Shown here: positions 1 to 12,330 of the stretch, in pieces
Layout of the letters: the number at the start of each line of letters is the position of its first letter
Numbering within the stretch: position 1 is the stretch's first letter
NCBI RefSeq assembly: GCF_963506605.1
Contig: NC_083278.1
Span: 74,834,001 to 74,898,000 of the forward strand
Source of the DNA: Zootoca vivipara
Taxonomy: Eukaryota
Direction: 5' to 3'
DNA length: 64,000 bases
Made by a program: the position numbers and the translations under genes
The notes under the pieces: generated by a model
The model's database searches: none
What the model was told of the DNA's origin: nothing
Seen by the model: only the letters and a program-made list of their open reading frames with translations

Positions 1-460
1 CCAGCTCTACAATATCCTTTTTGAGGTCAGGTGATCAGAACTGTACAGAGTATTAAAAATGTGGTTGCATCCTATATTTGTATAACCTCATTGTGATATC
101 CACAGTTTTATTTTTAACTGCTTTCCTAATCTTCCCTAGCATGAAAATTGCCTTTTTACCACCCATTCACTCAGTTTGGAGATGTTATTTTGGAGCTCTC
201 TGCAATCTCTTTATTTTAACAGCCCTGAACAATGTAGTATCATCAGCAAACTTGGACACCTCATTGCTTACCCTCAACTCTAGGCTGTTTATGAGCAAGT
301 TAAAAAGCACAGTGCGCCCCATACCAATCCTTGGGAGACTCCATTTTCTACATCCCTCTATTCAGAGAACTACTTCCTACTACTTAAGCAATTCCTGATC
401 CACAAGAAGACCTCTCCTCTTATCCCATGACTGCTAAGCCTAAGTCTTTGGTGAGGTACC
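1..460 (-). mobile_element. CR1 LINE reverse-transcriptase fragment (degraded)
   Basis: Minus strand near 235-270 reads SNEVSKFADDT (RT F/YADD motif). A CR1-like 'ctgtacagttctgatcacc' segment lies near the window start. Boundaries approximate. Confidence 0.7.
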
Positions 461-702
461 TGTCATAATAGTATGAAAACTTTCTTACTGAATGGAGATT
501 CATAGAGTGCTAGAAGAGATTCAAATGAACCCAACCTACTCCTCACAGTCAGGATTATCCAGTATCAAAAGCACTCTGAACAGATGAGGGTATAATTGCT
601 TCTTGAAAATATCTAAACACCAATTGGCTTGAGTATATGTGTTTTTGTGTATATGTTCTACCCCCAGAAGGCAAACCTTGTGCAAGACACTAGTTACCTG
701 TA

Positions 703-910
703 CAGTGGTACCTCTGGTTACGAACTTAATTCGTTCCGGAGGTCCGTTCTTAAGCTGAAACCGTTCTTATCCCGAGGCATGCTTTCGCTAATGTGGCCTC
801 GGGCGTGCGATTTCGGTTCGCATCCTGGGGCAAAGTTTGCAACCAGGAGCAGCTACTTCCGGGTTAGCGGAGCTCGTAACCTGAAGTGTTCGTAACCAGA
901 GGTACCACTG
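703..910. mobile_element. Tc1/mariner (pogo/Tigger-like) MITE, 208 bp
   Basis: Perfect 23-bp TIRs cagtggtacctctggttacgaac, TA target duplication at 701-702 and 911-912, CpGs intact. Confidence 0.9.
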
Positions 911-1334
911 TAATGACAATGTGTCTAGTTGCAGCAAGGATTGCCAACCCGCTGCCCATTGGGGGTCATAGCCTTCAATTGTGGCTCTTAATAATTTTTT
1001 AGAATTGAGGGGGAGGACTCTAAGAGCAGGGCAGAGGGCTGCTGGACCCGGAAAGGCCCACCCCATAGCATTCTTATTGGTTTGGAAGGCTGTTGGAGAG
1101 AAGGAGAGACATGGCAGGAATGGCTTCCCCTCTCAGCTACTGGCCCTATCCTGCTTGTTTGTTCACTGTAGCTGGCACTTGTACCCTGTAGCTGGCACTT
1201 GCTTCACCCAAACTATCTGATTAGGGGGCTGACATACTACTTCACTCTGAAAATGCTAAATGAAAACAAAATAGCTACTATATCAACATTGGCAGTGTAC
1301 TTCAAAGTACTTCATTTCATTCTAAAAAATTTAC

Positions 1335-1444
1335 CGTAGATGGCGTTTTTTCCAAAAAGATTCTTAAAAGAAGAGTCAGCTCTTCTGAACAGGTTTTTGA
1401 GCTCATCAGAGACACCAGCAGATCCACCAGCACCTGCTGACATG
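1335..1444 (-). CDS. LYST: LYST exon 11 (110 nt; gene continues beyond the left edge)
   Basis: ttttcag| acceptor and |gtaaat donor. Encodes (A)[36 protein letters not shown], matching vertebrate LYST; phase consistent with exon 10. Confidence 0.93.
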
Positions 1445-1759
1445 CTGAAAAGCAACAGCATCATTCATTTTGAAATGTTATCAAAACTACCAAAGTTATT
1501 AAAATAAACAGCTAGAATACAAGAAGTCACCCTGTCAACCCCTCTCCCCATCCTGATAGCAGTTCTTGCATTGCTGGGTATTATTTCTCCTAAAACACAG
1601 GAAAACATCAGGAGCAACCACTGAGCCTGCAGAGAATTGTCACCAGAAAAAGACTAAAAAATCCTAATACTGTATGCATGTACAGCTGTGTACATTTGTA
1701 CAGCTAAATAAGCTCTTATAAGCCAGTATGTAAGCGTTTCGCCAACATAAAATAGTTTT

Positions 1760-1978
1760 AAAATAAAAAAATTCCTTCAGTAGCACCTTAAAGACCAACT
1801 AAGTTTTTATTTTGGTATGAGCTTTCGTGTGCATGCACACTTCTTCAGGTATCTGAAGAAGTGTGCATGCACACGAAAGCTCATACCAAAATAAAAACTT
1901 AGTTGGTCTTTAAGGTGCTACTGAAGGAATTTTTTTATTTTACTTCGATCCAGACCAACACGGCTACCTACCTGTAAC
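1760..1978 (+). mobile_element. Penelope-like element terminal fragment with inverted duplication (90-bp perfect palindrome arms)
   Basis: Arms 1759-1848 and 1853-1942 are reverse complements. 3' end cagaccaacacggctacctacctg. 14-bp TSD cataaaatagtttt at 1746-1759 and 1979-1992. Confidence 0.8.
1848..1887 (+). ncRNA. Minimal type I hammerhead ribozyme motif (Penelope-associated)
   Basis: GGUAU-CUGAAGA-A-GUGUG(CAUG)CACAC-GAAA-GC-UC-AUACC: stem I GGUAU/AUACC, core CUGANGA and GAAA, palindromic AGCU in place of stem III, predicted cleavage after C1882. Confidence 0.7.
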
Positions 1979-2711
1979 CATAAAATAGTTTTGCTACTAA
2001 CATTTCTACCCCATTGTATCCTGGGAAAACCTCAAAGTGCCTTGTCCCCAGGAGCAGGGGGCTCTCTTAGGTGGATGACAGCCTGATTAATACTTACCTA
2101 GCTTAAACAATGCAAGAGCAATATATACTATCAGACCACCTCTCAAAGCAAACTAAGAATCAAAACATTTGAACAGTAGAATTAAAGCAGCAACAAAAAT
2201 TTCTAGGAAGAAAAACAGAAACTTTTCAATGGTATGAAGAGCTACTAAAATCCTAAGTCCCATTATTTAGATACATAACATGATATTTAACCACATTGCC
2301 CCTGTGACTCAAGACAGGCTGTCACCAAACTCTTCATATCACTGTTTAGTGGATACATACTATGAAGCCAAGAGCCTAATAACGTACTATTCACGTACTC
2401 TATTATTCTTAGTTTCAATCTATGTCCTAAGAAGAAGACATTTCTGGCAGAAGACACTGTCAACCAAAAATCTTGAGACCCAAAACATAAATTGACTTAG
2501 GGCTATTGCCCCACCGTGGCTATACTTTCTTTCTTTAAACCGAGAAGCATTCAATCTTACAATTTTCTGGAATTCATTTGACACTCATTGGGCCAGTATG
2601 AATGTAATGCTAAACTCATGGCTCAGAGAGACCTAAAAATTTATAGTTAAGAGTACCTGCCCAAGTGAACAGTACCCAAAAAGGGAAATACTGCTTTTCT
2701 TTATAACTCAC

Positions 2712-2778
2712 CATGAAAATTGGAATCTGTCTGTGTCAATATGTGGATGAACCCTACCAAGAGACTCTTTACAGCTCC
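2712..2778 (-). CDS. LYST: LYST exon 10 (67 nt)
   Basis: tttttag| and |gtgagt. Encodes GAVKSLLVGFIHILTQTDSNFH. Confidence 0.92.
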
Positions 2779-3615
2779 CTAAAAATAAAAAATAACATTA
2801 TATACTGAACAATCATCTTGAATTAGCAAAATGCCCACCAAGTGATGGGGAAGTATGTCCTTAGAAAATGGGCTTCAGCTCTGTGGCTGGCTGAGTACTA
2901 GTCCCAACCTCCTTTTAAGCTGGCTTTGCCTGACCTTGTCCTGTCCCCTCAGACTTCCTCTCCCAGTTGATTACCTCAACTGCAGTTACCTCAGGCCTCC
3001 TACTCTTTGTATCCACTTGAAGACCATCCCAACGGCATTAAGATGACTACCCAAATAGAGAACAGATATATGGGAATGTGGCCTACAGATGCCCAAGTGT
3101 TTAATGAACTGCACAATGAACAGATCTTGTCTTTGTTTACTTCAAGCCTTGGAGATTGTGTCTGCGTCCTTAAGTCCAGCACTCTTACAGCATTTCCAGA
3201 AAAGAGACATTCTGGTTGTTGCTCACCTCTGCTGTTGTTCTCACCCACATTTACTCTAGACCCTTTGCTTCTAGGCCAACTGAGAATGGTATTCTGTGCC
3301 TCTTTTGCTAGTGTGAGGCAAGCTGATTCATGTGCATGCAAATAGGTCTGAGCTGGGATGTGATTTGGTGATGGGGAACACTGATGGCTCTCCTAAAACA
3401 GAGGAAAGTAATGGGGGGGGGGAATAAGAGAAGTCTAAGGGATCACACCCTTGAAAGGTTCCTTGAATTGTCTGACCTTCCCATCTTTCTATCCCAAGGA
3501 TGAGCAGAGACTTGTGAATGTGTGGGACCTTGTTGCATAACTTATTAAACATCACTACTGTATAGCACATATGTATACTATATATGTGCAAGGTCATAGA
3601 ATTGGCTTCACTTAC

Positions 3616-3842
3616 CTGCTGCATAAGCAACATTGCATTTTTTCCCTTCAGCCTGATTGCTTTCAAGAAGCTCTGGAAAACATGTGTAAGGACATCTAGG
3701 CTTGGGTTGCTAGCAGAAAGTAAATGCAATTCCAACATACAGATTTCAGGATATATTAATTCCCCTTGAATGAGGTTTTCTGCTGTGTCACTGGCAAAAC
3801 TGGAATAGCCAAAACATCCTTTTTCTTTCTTAATGTCTGTTC
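3616..3842 (-). CDS. LYST: LYST exon 9 (227 nt)
   Basis: ttctag| and |gtaagt. Encodes ...ENLIQGELIYPEICMLELHLLSAS...LLMQQ, inside ORF 3328..3858. Confidence 0.95.
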
Positions 3843-5058
3843 CTAGAAAGGAAGGCACATGGTTATCTGCTGAAATTCAGCTACTCTCTGCTGTATCTAC
3901 CTACCTATTTTGTGGAGCTTTGCCCCTACTGCCCAACTTTTAATTAATAAGGATCTGGTGTGGTTATCAGATCTTTTTAAGCATACAATTGTCATGCAGA
4001 AATGCTAAGGGACTCATCAGGCAGTGGGTTGCAGATCGACAAGCATATACACTACATGAATGCTTCACTACTACAATAATCCATTTTTTTAAATCTTTCT
4101 ATTTACTGATGTGCTTATGCCTCACCACCACTACTGCATGCAGACACTTTTGTGCCATCCTGCTTAAGGAAAATAATAACTTACAAAGTGCCTGCTTTAT
4201 AAAAGGTTGAGCTGTACACATCAAAAAAATAAAAATTACAGGTCCCATGAGAAAAGAAAAAGAAAAAAAGCAAGAGTTATGACCTGTCTACTCATTTCAC
4301 AAGTTTATAAGAAATCTGGAACCAGAGAAATACAGCAGCAGCAACTGCTGTGATTCAATAGTATTTTTTTTAATTTTGCAGATCATAGGAGATGCTGCCA
4401 CCATGCTCCTCCTCAGGCAAGCAGACTACAAAACATGAGTGAAAATAAGCAGCAAATGTGACTTTAAGATGACAGCCAGCCAAAAACCAATACAGATTTC
4501 ATCTGTAGAAGCTGTCAGAACAAATCAGCCCACAGGGTTCCAGGATTCTTACATCATGGTAACCATATTTAATGGTTTACCATGAGTGTGACAATCTCAC
4601 CCATTTTGTTCTTTCCTGCTACTGTACTGGAGTAAGAAACACGATCACTGACTTAGTGTTAATGTTTGAACTGGAGATTGTGGGTTTTTCCTCCTTCAAA
4701 CAGATGATGATCAATAGCCAAGCTATTGACTTACTGATAGTGGTTTGGAGTGAAACAAACCACAATGCCCAGTACAGACACAATGCTAATACAGGAATTG
4801 TGGTCCATTTTTTCCATGCACTCAAGGGGAGGAGCAGAGATCAGAACAATCATGGTAAACTGTTAACTATGTTTTACTATGACATGTGAACTGGACCACT
4901 GTATTTAAAGATTCACCATCAAATCATGATTCAACCATCAGAGCTGGAAAATCACTATGCCTGGTGAGTCCACACACATGTGAATGCTGCTGGAACGTAA
5001 ACCAAGGCGTATTTGAGAAAACCATGGGTGCATCACATGAAATTAAGTTCAGACTTAC

Positions 5059-5215
5059 CTTCATCCTTGCTTTCGCTGTCATCAGGATTGCTTTCACTGT
5101 CTGCATCATAGCCTTCTTCTTCAGCAAAAAATGTAAAGCTACAGCACTGGGATTCTTCAGCTTCTTCAGATATATCACCAGCCTGAGGTGCAGGTTCCTT
5201 TTCAGATTGCTGGAT
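5059..5215 (-). CDS. LYST: LYST exon 8 (157 nt)
   Basis: cacag| and |gtaagt. Encodes IQQSEKE...[12 protein letters not shown]...[15 protein letters not shown]. Confidence 0.95.
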
Positions 5216-6039
5216 CTGTGACATGCATATTTTATATGTTTAAGATCACCCATTAAAAACCTGCAGAAGATTCTGGGCTTCACAGAATATTTGACCACAG
5301 TCAAGTATTTTCAAATAGACCAGATTTGATACATCCCCTCACTTTTACTTTAATCTTTATGGATTCTATCTGTTCTGTCATCTTTGCACTTGCAATACTA
5401 TTTAACTCTTGTGCAGAGTGTAGAAGTTACATACAGTAGCAGAAAGGAGGAGATGGACCGTGAGGTTATCCTAAGAAGTACCAAGAAAACTGCTTTCAGC
5501 AAATAAACTAGATACACAAAACCCAAATGTCTTCGTGTTCAAGTCCACATAGACATCCTGGTCCACAACTTACGAAGCTCCTTCGCTTGCCCACTTTCTT
5601 GCAGTCAACAGAAGGCAGACCTTCCAGCTTATAAGGCCATAAGCGAGAATGTCCTCAAGTTCTGCTTTTCAGAACTTCCAACACATTAGGGGAATGGTAA
5701 GAAGAAGTAGTAGTAGTAGAGGTTGTTGAAAGAGTTGAATCTCTCCAGACAGCTCAATTTAAAACCACAATAATAGCAGCTCAGCTATAATGCATACCAC
5801 AGATCAGGAAAGATAGCACCAAGTTCAAGAAGATGTCAGCATGGCTAATGAGCAGATGCAAGGAGTCTATTTAAGACAATAAGGCTTCCTTCAGAAAATG
5901 GATGTCTTGTGCCCAAATGAGAAAAGGAACAGAAGAAAAAGGAAAAGAAACTTGCACAAAAAAAGGTGACTGGAGTAACTTCCCTTTGAGAAGAGATTAC
6001 AAAATTTGCGGCTTTTCCATTTACAAAAAGAAAGGTGAG

Positions 6040-6440
6040 TAAGGGGGGACATGGTAGAGGTGTCTATAATAACGCATGTTGTAGAGAAAGTGGATACAGA
6101 GATCTTTTACTTCCTCACTCATACCCAGGGCCATCACATGAAGCTGAAGGTTGGAAGATTCAAGATAAATAGCACACAGCTAAACTACGGAAATATGTAG
6201 TGATGGTTACCAGCTTAGATTACTTTAAAAGGGGATTTGAAAAATCCAGAGGATAAGGCTCCCAGCCATGATGACTATGGTCTACCTCCAGTATCAGAGT
6301 GCCAATGGTGGGGGACAACAGCAATAGCCCTCATCTCCTGCATGTGAGCTTCCTATTGCCACCGCCTTAATCACTGTGGGAAAGCAAAATGCTGGACTTG
6401 ATAGGCTTTTGTTCTGATTGAGCAGGGCTGTTCTTATGTT
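6040..6440 (+). mobile_element. CR1 LINE 3' fragment (old)
   Basis: ggggacatggtagaggtgtctat... ORF2 C-terminus-like sequence and a CR1-type 3' end (gctggacttgatagg...gctgttcttatgtt). Boundaries approximate. Confidence 0.6.
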
Positions 6441-6719
6441 AGTCCCTATATTTTCCATGCCCAGAGGTTTGAAACAGGAGAAGGCAACTTATTTTTTCTG
6501 ATGCACATCAAGTTACTCCTTCGCCATGCCCTTTGAGAGAGTTTTCTAATTCTGACCTATCTGCTATCTGAACTGTTTGTAAATAGCCTATTTTTTTCTG
6601 ATGACTGATGGTAAAAATATAACGCTTATTAATGTTCCGTAACTGATCATGAGAACTTGAATCAGGCTATCAGACAAGCAAGCAGGCAATACAAAACATG
6701 CATTTTTATCTAATTATAC

Positions 6720-6881
6720 CTTTTCTTTCTTCTCTTCGGAATGATCAAGATCAGCAAAATAGGTTCCCAAAGCAACTCGAAGCAAAGAATCAAATAAAGG
6801 CTTCACCAAGTCAGTCTCCATTATTCTAGATTTTGTAAGGTGGTCCCGCATTTCAAGTAATATATCTTCCACACACACATT
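6720..6881 (-). CDS. LYST: LYST exon 7 (162 nt)
   Basis: tgtag| and |gtataa. Encodes [54 protein letters not shown]; absent from the ORF track. Confidence 0.93.
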
Positions 6882-7185
6882 CTACATTCAAGTAGGGGGA
6901 AAATAGGCTTACAAGCTTGTCCTGGTTAAATAAAACGGTACTAAAAGCAATTATAGTTTCTTCCCTATTTAAATTCCTGGCCTTCTCGCAATTGCCAACA
7001 TCACAACATCAAGAACTAAGCATATTTGCTTTGAGGGTCCTTTGTTTTGTTTTTACAACCAAGAAGTATATAAATTTTATGAAATTAATAATGTGCTCTT
7101 TTGCATGTTATATACATGGTATATAGATCACTATAATTTCCTCCGAACAGTTCTAATTTGTAGATTTCGCACAATATATTTGGTT

Positions 7186-7262
7186 AATAATAATAATAAA
7201 TTTATTATTTCTACCCTGCCCATCTGACTGGGCTGCCCCAGTCACTCTGGGTGGCTTCCAGC
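7186..7262 (-). mobile_element. L2 LINE 3' terminal fragment with (ATT)n tail
   Basis: Reverse complement resembles the 3' end of the L2 copy at 21480-21560. Confidence 0.65.
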
Positions 7263-7678
7263 ATAAATACATAGTAAAACATTATACATGGTTCAAAAAC
7301 CTAAATGAAAAACACACCCAATTACAACACTCAAGCCTAAAAAGCGGCAAGATAATACAAAAGAAGAAGAAGAAATGTGTTGTGTGAATAAGTCTCAATG
7401 CACCTAACCTTTAGGTTACTTTCGCTACATTTCCTCAGGCTGAACACTGTGTCCAGATCTCTCTATGGAGATGCGTCTCACACTTTATGCTTAATTACTT
7501 TATTCTTATTACTGCAACAGCTTGTTTTCCTTCAACGGAACTGTCCGCTGTGTACCATTTAAAATGTTGCAATTTCACTAAATTTAATGGGAAGTTCAGC
7601 TTGCCATCTAGAAAGTAAGATGCGACTTTAAAATCCAGAACAGTTGTTTTTGTTCCTACCTCTCAAAAGGTTTTTAAA

Positions 7679-7719
7679 AGGGCGAAAGATTTATACGATC
7701 TGAAGAGAAACCAGAGTAT
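7679..7719 (-). pseudogene. 3'-truncated U5 snRNA retrocopy (nt ~1-41)
   Basis: Minus strand ATACTCTGGTTTCTCTTCAGATCGTATAAATCTTTCGCCCT matches the U5 5' end up to loop I. 20-bp TSD cctctcaaaaggtttttaaa at 7659-7678 and 7720-7739. Confidence 0.9.
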
Positions 7720-7775
7720 CCTCTCAAAAGGTTTTTAAATGACAATATGAATGTAATTATTTCATGGCAGGTTAC

Positions 7776-8721
7776 CTGGGGAAGAGACTCCATTTCGGAC
7801 TTCTGCTGGAAATTATTTGCACTGTGTAAACAAATAGCTAGCAGAGCTTCCAAGAGCCTGATACCCTGGAGCGACCACTCGTCTTCCTGCATGAAAGCTC
7901 TTTTCAATGTTGCAGTGCCATCAGCTGAATTTTGTTCCACTCCTGAATGGTCACAGGAAAGGCATTCAGGTTGTCCTGCACCGTCAAGATTCTCGTCAAG
8001 ACTATCCTGGTCTGACTGCCCTCTCTCATTACTCATCTCAACAGGCTTCTCCTGCTCCCCTTGTTCCTTGGCTCCTTTTTTGGCAAGTTTCTGAATAATC
8101 ATGGCTATCAGTTTATGACATACTTCAAAGCCACCAAGTCTATGGAACTGTCTTTGGAAAACCGAGCTGCACAAATAGATCCAGCGGCACATCGACCAAA
8201 TGTCTGCTGCTCTATGGATATGTTCCAAAGAAGGCAAAGAGAGACTTTCTGGTGACAGGCATGGGAGCCTGTGGCTCAAAGGTTCACTAGCTGTGCTGTC
8301 ATAACCTGAAGTATCTTCAGAATCATTAGTGGAATCCCGATCAGCATCTGCTTCCTTACTCACACATAAGAAAGCAACACAGAGAAATATGTTTATCATG
8401 TTGACGTGAACATCTTGACTGACTGATTTCTTCTTCTTTGGATAGACTTCTTTGAGCCCAGCATAAAATTTGGTCAGGCTTTGAGGCACATCTGAAGCTA
8501 CTTGCTGCCTATGAACCAAAGCACCTAATTCTAACGCAGACTTCTTTTGCTCATTGTCTAAGACATCTAAGTCTGGAATCACTTGGTCCGTCTGCTGGTC
8601 TCCAAGGCAAAATATTAACGTTTCGAACACTTTCAAGGAATAACTTCTTACAGAGTCCAAGTAATGCAATTCAGTCATTTGATTTATTCCATTGCAGCTT
8701 ATGAACAACTCTCTTACTATT
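7776..8721 (-). CDS. LYST: LYST exon 6 (946 nt)
   Basis: ctccacag| and cag|gtaacc. Encodes IVRELFISCNG...DSEDTSGYDSTASEPLSH...IRLLEALLAICLH...LPQ. Confidence 0.96.
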
Positions 8722-9043
8722 CTGTGGAGAAAAGCAGAAAACCAATTAGATAGAAAAGGAACCCAAAAAATTAGCATACTGTGGGTTGTATCAAATTGTG
8801 TACCTCTGCCAGGGGCAGCTGGTACTGAGGATCTGTGCCACACACCTGACCCCCTGCCAGTGAACATGATCCTATGATTATTGTGCTTACTGAGAGGGAG
8901 AGTGTCAGGGAAGCAAGCGCAGGGAGGTAAGCGCCAACCCAGCAGTCCCACCCCTGCTCCTGCACCAAATTCCCTGCTGCCCTGCCTCGTCTATGAGCCT
9001 CTGATCAAGCCCAATTCCCCAACAATTAAAAAAATTAACATAC

Positions 9044-11129
9044 CTGGATTTAAACAGCGCAGGCAGAGTCTGCAAATAGATTTGAAGCACTTCCTGAGGC
9101 AAACTCCGTTTGTGGTAGCTGCCTGCCTGGCTGATGGCTGTCGTAACGCCTAGTTGTTGAGAGTTATGAGCCAATTCAACACCTCTCTGGAGCACTGGGC
9201 TGAATATATAATTGTACAGTTTCCACTGAATGACTTCGTTGCCTTTCTGAATCAAATTGCAAACATGGCTTGCTATCTGCATGCAGCGCAGTTTGTCGTC
9301 CTCTTCAAAAACAAGGCTCTGGTATGCCTCCAAGGCATCCCACTTCAGCAACATGTCTTCAGATCCTCTGCTAGGCAAAATTCCTTGAAACCTATAGGGA
9401 GTTGAAGAACTTGATGGGGAAACGTCAGTGGCATTCCCATGCAAGACATCATCCAGTTCGGCAAGCTGATCACAGTCAATGGTACAAATGTTGCAGGAGG
9501 CCTGCGTGAGTTTTTGAGAGACCTGCGCTCCTCCCAGTTGGTCCAATATAAATTTATTAAGGATGCTTAATATATGTGGCTGAAAGTTTTTCAATACTTG
9601 TGATCTGAAAGAATGAAGTAAGGGGGTGATTACAGACCTGGGGTCCATGCAACAACATATACCCACATTATGGACACCGGACAAGATCTGAAAACATGTG
9701 CTGTTAAGTGAAACCAGCTCCAGCAGCCGCAAACACTGGTGAGCACAGACAGCGATGCAGCAGCACCGGTCAGGATAATGAACTTCCCCATCCAGCGTTT
9801 CCTCAAATGGATTCTTGGAGACTTGGTTTTTAAAAGTAGAAACTGGGAGCCCTGAGAGGTCTCTGTGGTGATGCATGAAGTGAGAGTACTCACATCGCCT
9901 GTGCCGCTTTCTCGTGCACACAGACTGATGAAGTTGCTCCGACTTCACTTTTTTGATGGTGCTGATTATTTTCATGATGCTGTTAATGAGGGCTGAGAGA
10001 TATTCCGATGCTTCCGAGTTCATCTCACTTTCCCTCACCACCAGCCATTCCATCTGCAGCACAGTGGTTTCAAACAGTCTGAATCCCTGGTGCTGTATGA
10101 ACTCATGAGCAAGATCCATCGCTTGACTGAAATAAATTGGATTGGAGGCGGCGCTCTGAAGGCAGCAGATCAGGATCTGCAGAACTCCTTCTATGAACTC
10201 CGGCAAAAGGAGGGCTCTGTGGCGGTATCTTGAGACGGCGAGGTTGCCATGGGTTCCCTTCTGTAAAGCTCCCCTTTGCCCTGAAGCAAAAGGCTCGTAT
10301 GTTTTTTCCAGCAAACATTTAGTTTTTAAAGCTGCTCTGAGCAAATCAATTAGATTTTTCCTTAAGTTGCCAGGCATGGTCTCAGCATTGTTAACATCCA
10401 CAGCCATCAGGTGCAAGACTGTCCTAAAGAGCATCCTCTGAGCCAGGGCAACGGGTTCCTCCGCCCAGCTTGAGGAAACGGCTTCATTTTCAGCAGTACT
10501 GCTTGCACTGTAGCAGTCTCCAAGTCTGGACAAAAGTTCCGTTAGTGTGCACACCACATTTGCTGCCAGCGCCGACTTGTGATTCACAGAAATATCAAAC
10601 TTGCATATTTTTTCGAGCAATGATAGTAAGACATGACACAAGTCAAAGGGAGAATTGTCCTGGCAGCTGACAGATGTTGAAGCTGGATCCTCTAAAGTCT
10701 CAGAACTGACTTTTTTGACTGGAATAACCTGTTCGGAGTCACCTAGATGCTCCCTACCAAGATTACAACTCTGGACTTCCCCATCTTCTAGAAAGCTGCC
10801 TCTCCCTGTATTGTATTGTTCCTTAGGTGGGTTTGTAAGAAAAGGCTGCAGGATTTGGGACCTCCTGTGCTTCATAATTACGGCCGTCTTCTCATCTGAA
10901 TTGCCTTCTGAATCAGAGGTGGATAGCTGGGATTTCCTTGCGTCCCTCACAGAATAGCGATGAGTAGTTTTGCGCTGCCGTCTACTTTTCCGGGAGCTTA
11001 ATTTTGCAGACACCTGGGCAGACAAATGAGGGTTTTCTTCTAGATCTTCTTTTTCCTGAGTAGATTTGAGAGAACCTGGAGTTGCCTCTTTGGTCAAGCA
11101 TATATCAACACAGAAGGGCAGATTAAAAT
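9044..11129 (-). CDS. LYST: LYST exon 5 (2086 nt)
   Basis: cgacag| and ag|gtatgt. Encodes (D)FNLPF...[18 protein letters not shown]...[30 protein letters not shown]...LFKS, hallmark LYST N-terminal sequence. Confidence 0.97.
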
Positions 11130-12239
11130 CTGTCGGAAGTCAAAAATTACAGTTAGATGATTCCAACTATGGAGCCTCAGAGCCAGTCTAAACATGATCC
11201 AGGGGTACAAAGTTATACATGCAAGTCTTGGGCTCATATGGCCTCAGCAACTACACCAAGAATCTTTAAGATGAACTGAGGCATACGTAGATAAGCAGGT
11301 CCCAGTTATTTTTATGCACCATTACCTAGGTCCTACACAAAATGGAGAGGATGTACGAAACTCACTCCCAATACACCATTATACAATTGCACTCTCGCAT
11401 TTGATACATATACATGCAAACATTTTCAGGTCCTTGAATGTTCTGTGCTAGAGATGCTCCCTGAATCAGTGCCCTACCTGCAGTGCGGGTTATTCGTGCA
11501 CTTTAAAAAGTGCATACAGGAAAATTTAGGGTGACATCCAATCCTAGCCAAGTAACTTAAGTCCACTGAATTGATTCCAGTGTCTTGTAAGCAGAATTTC
11601 ACTTGTGCAGCAGAATTCTCCTTCCTCTCCTATGCAGCACCCTATACTCCTATTCAGATCTGCTTTGGAGGGATATCCAAACCCTCCAGAACAGATGCCA
11701 GGGAATGCAGAAGGAAGGAGAAGAAGGAGAAGTCCCACTGCTCTGTTCTGCTCTTAAATGGACGTCACTGGATACAACCCATTGATTTCAACTGATCTAC
11801 TCTGTGACATCGCTCATAAGAGTCTGCAGTTATACATACATAATCTGCAGAAAAATAATGCTATTTATGTGCATAGAAAAAGCACAAGTAAGATTTAACC
11901 ACTTTGCATATGAGATATGGGAAATTCAGGGCAGTTTCCCATTTAAGCATCCTGTCAGTGCAGGGATTTTTGCTTGCACAATGGGGCATTTCCCACCCCC
12001 TCTCCTCCTGCTGTGCCTTCCACAAACCTGGCTCCAGGGGGTTGGGAGAACCTGCAAAACATATTTAGGGAGTGTGCAGGAGGAGGAGAGGGGAAGGAAA
12101 TCCTTCCACTCACAGAATGTTCACGTAGTGCCATGTTGGCTACAACTCTAAAAGACACGACCAAAATTCAGAACAAATATCCAAGTATATATCTTAAATA
12201 ACGAAGAGGCATTTCTTCATGTGTGTCAAGAACATATAC

Positions 12240-12330
12240 CTAATGCCTTTTCTTCTTGTACAGGTATTTTCCATACTAGTGGCAGAAGTGAGAGGAGGAG
12301 AGTAAGAAGGTCTTCGCGACAGGTCAGTTC
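12240..12330 (-). CDS. LYST: LYST exon 4 (91 nt)
   Basis: aaacag| and |gtatat. Encodes [30 protein letters not shown]. Confidence 0.95.

Noticed and set aside
7679-7719. Functional U5 snRNA gene
   Set aside because: Only ~41 nt, with no Sm site, 3' stem or snRNA promoter, and flanked by a TSD.
7674-8951. 425-aa ORF as a stand-alone gene, and the read-through tail of the 730-aa ORF
   Set aside because: These are LYST exons 6 and 5 with chance open extensions into the flanking introns. Canonical splice sites bound the LYST-like parts.
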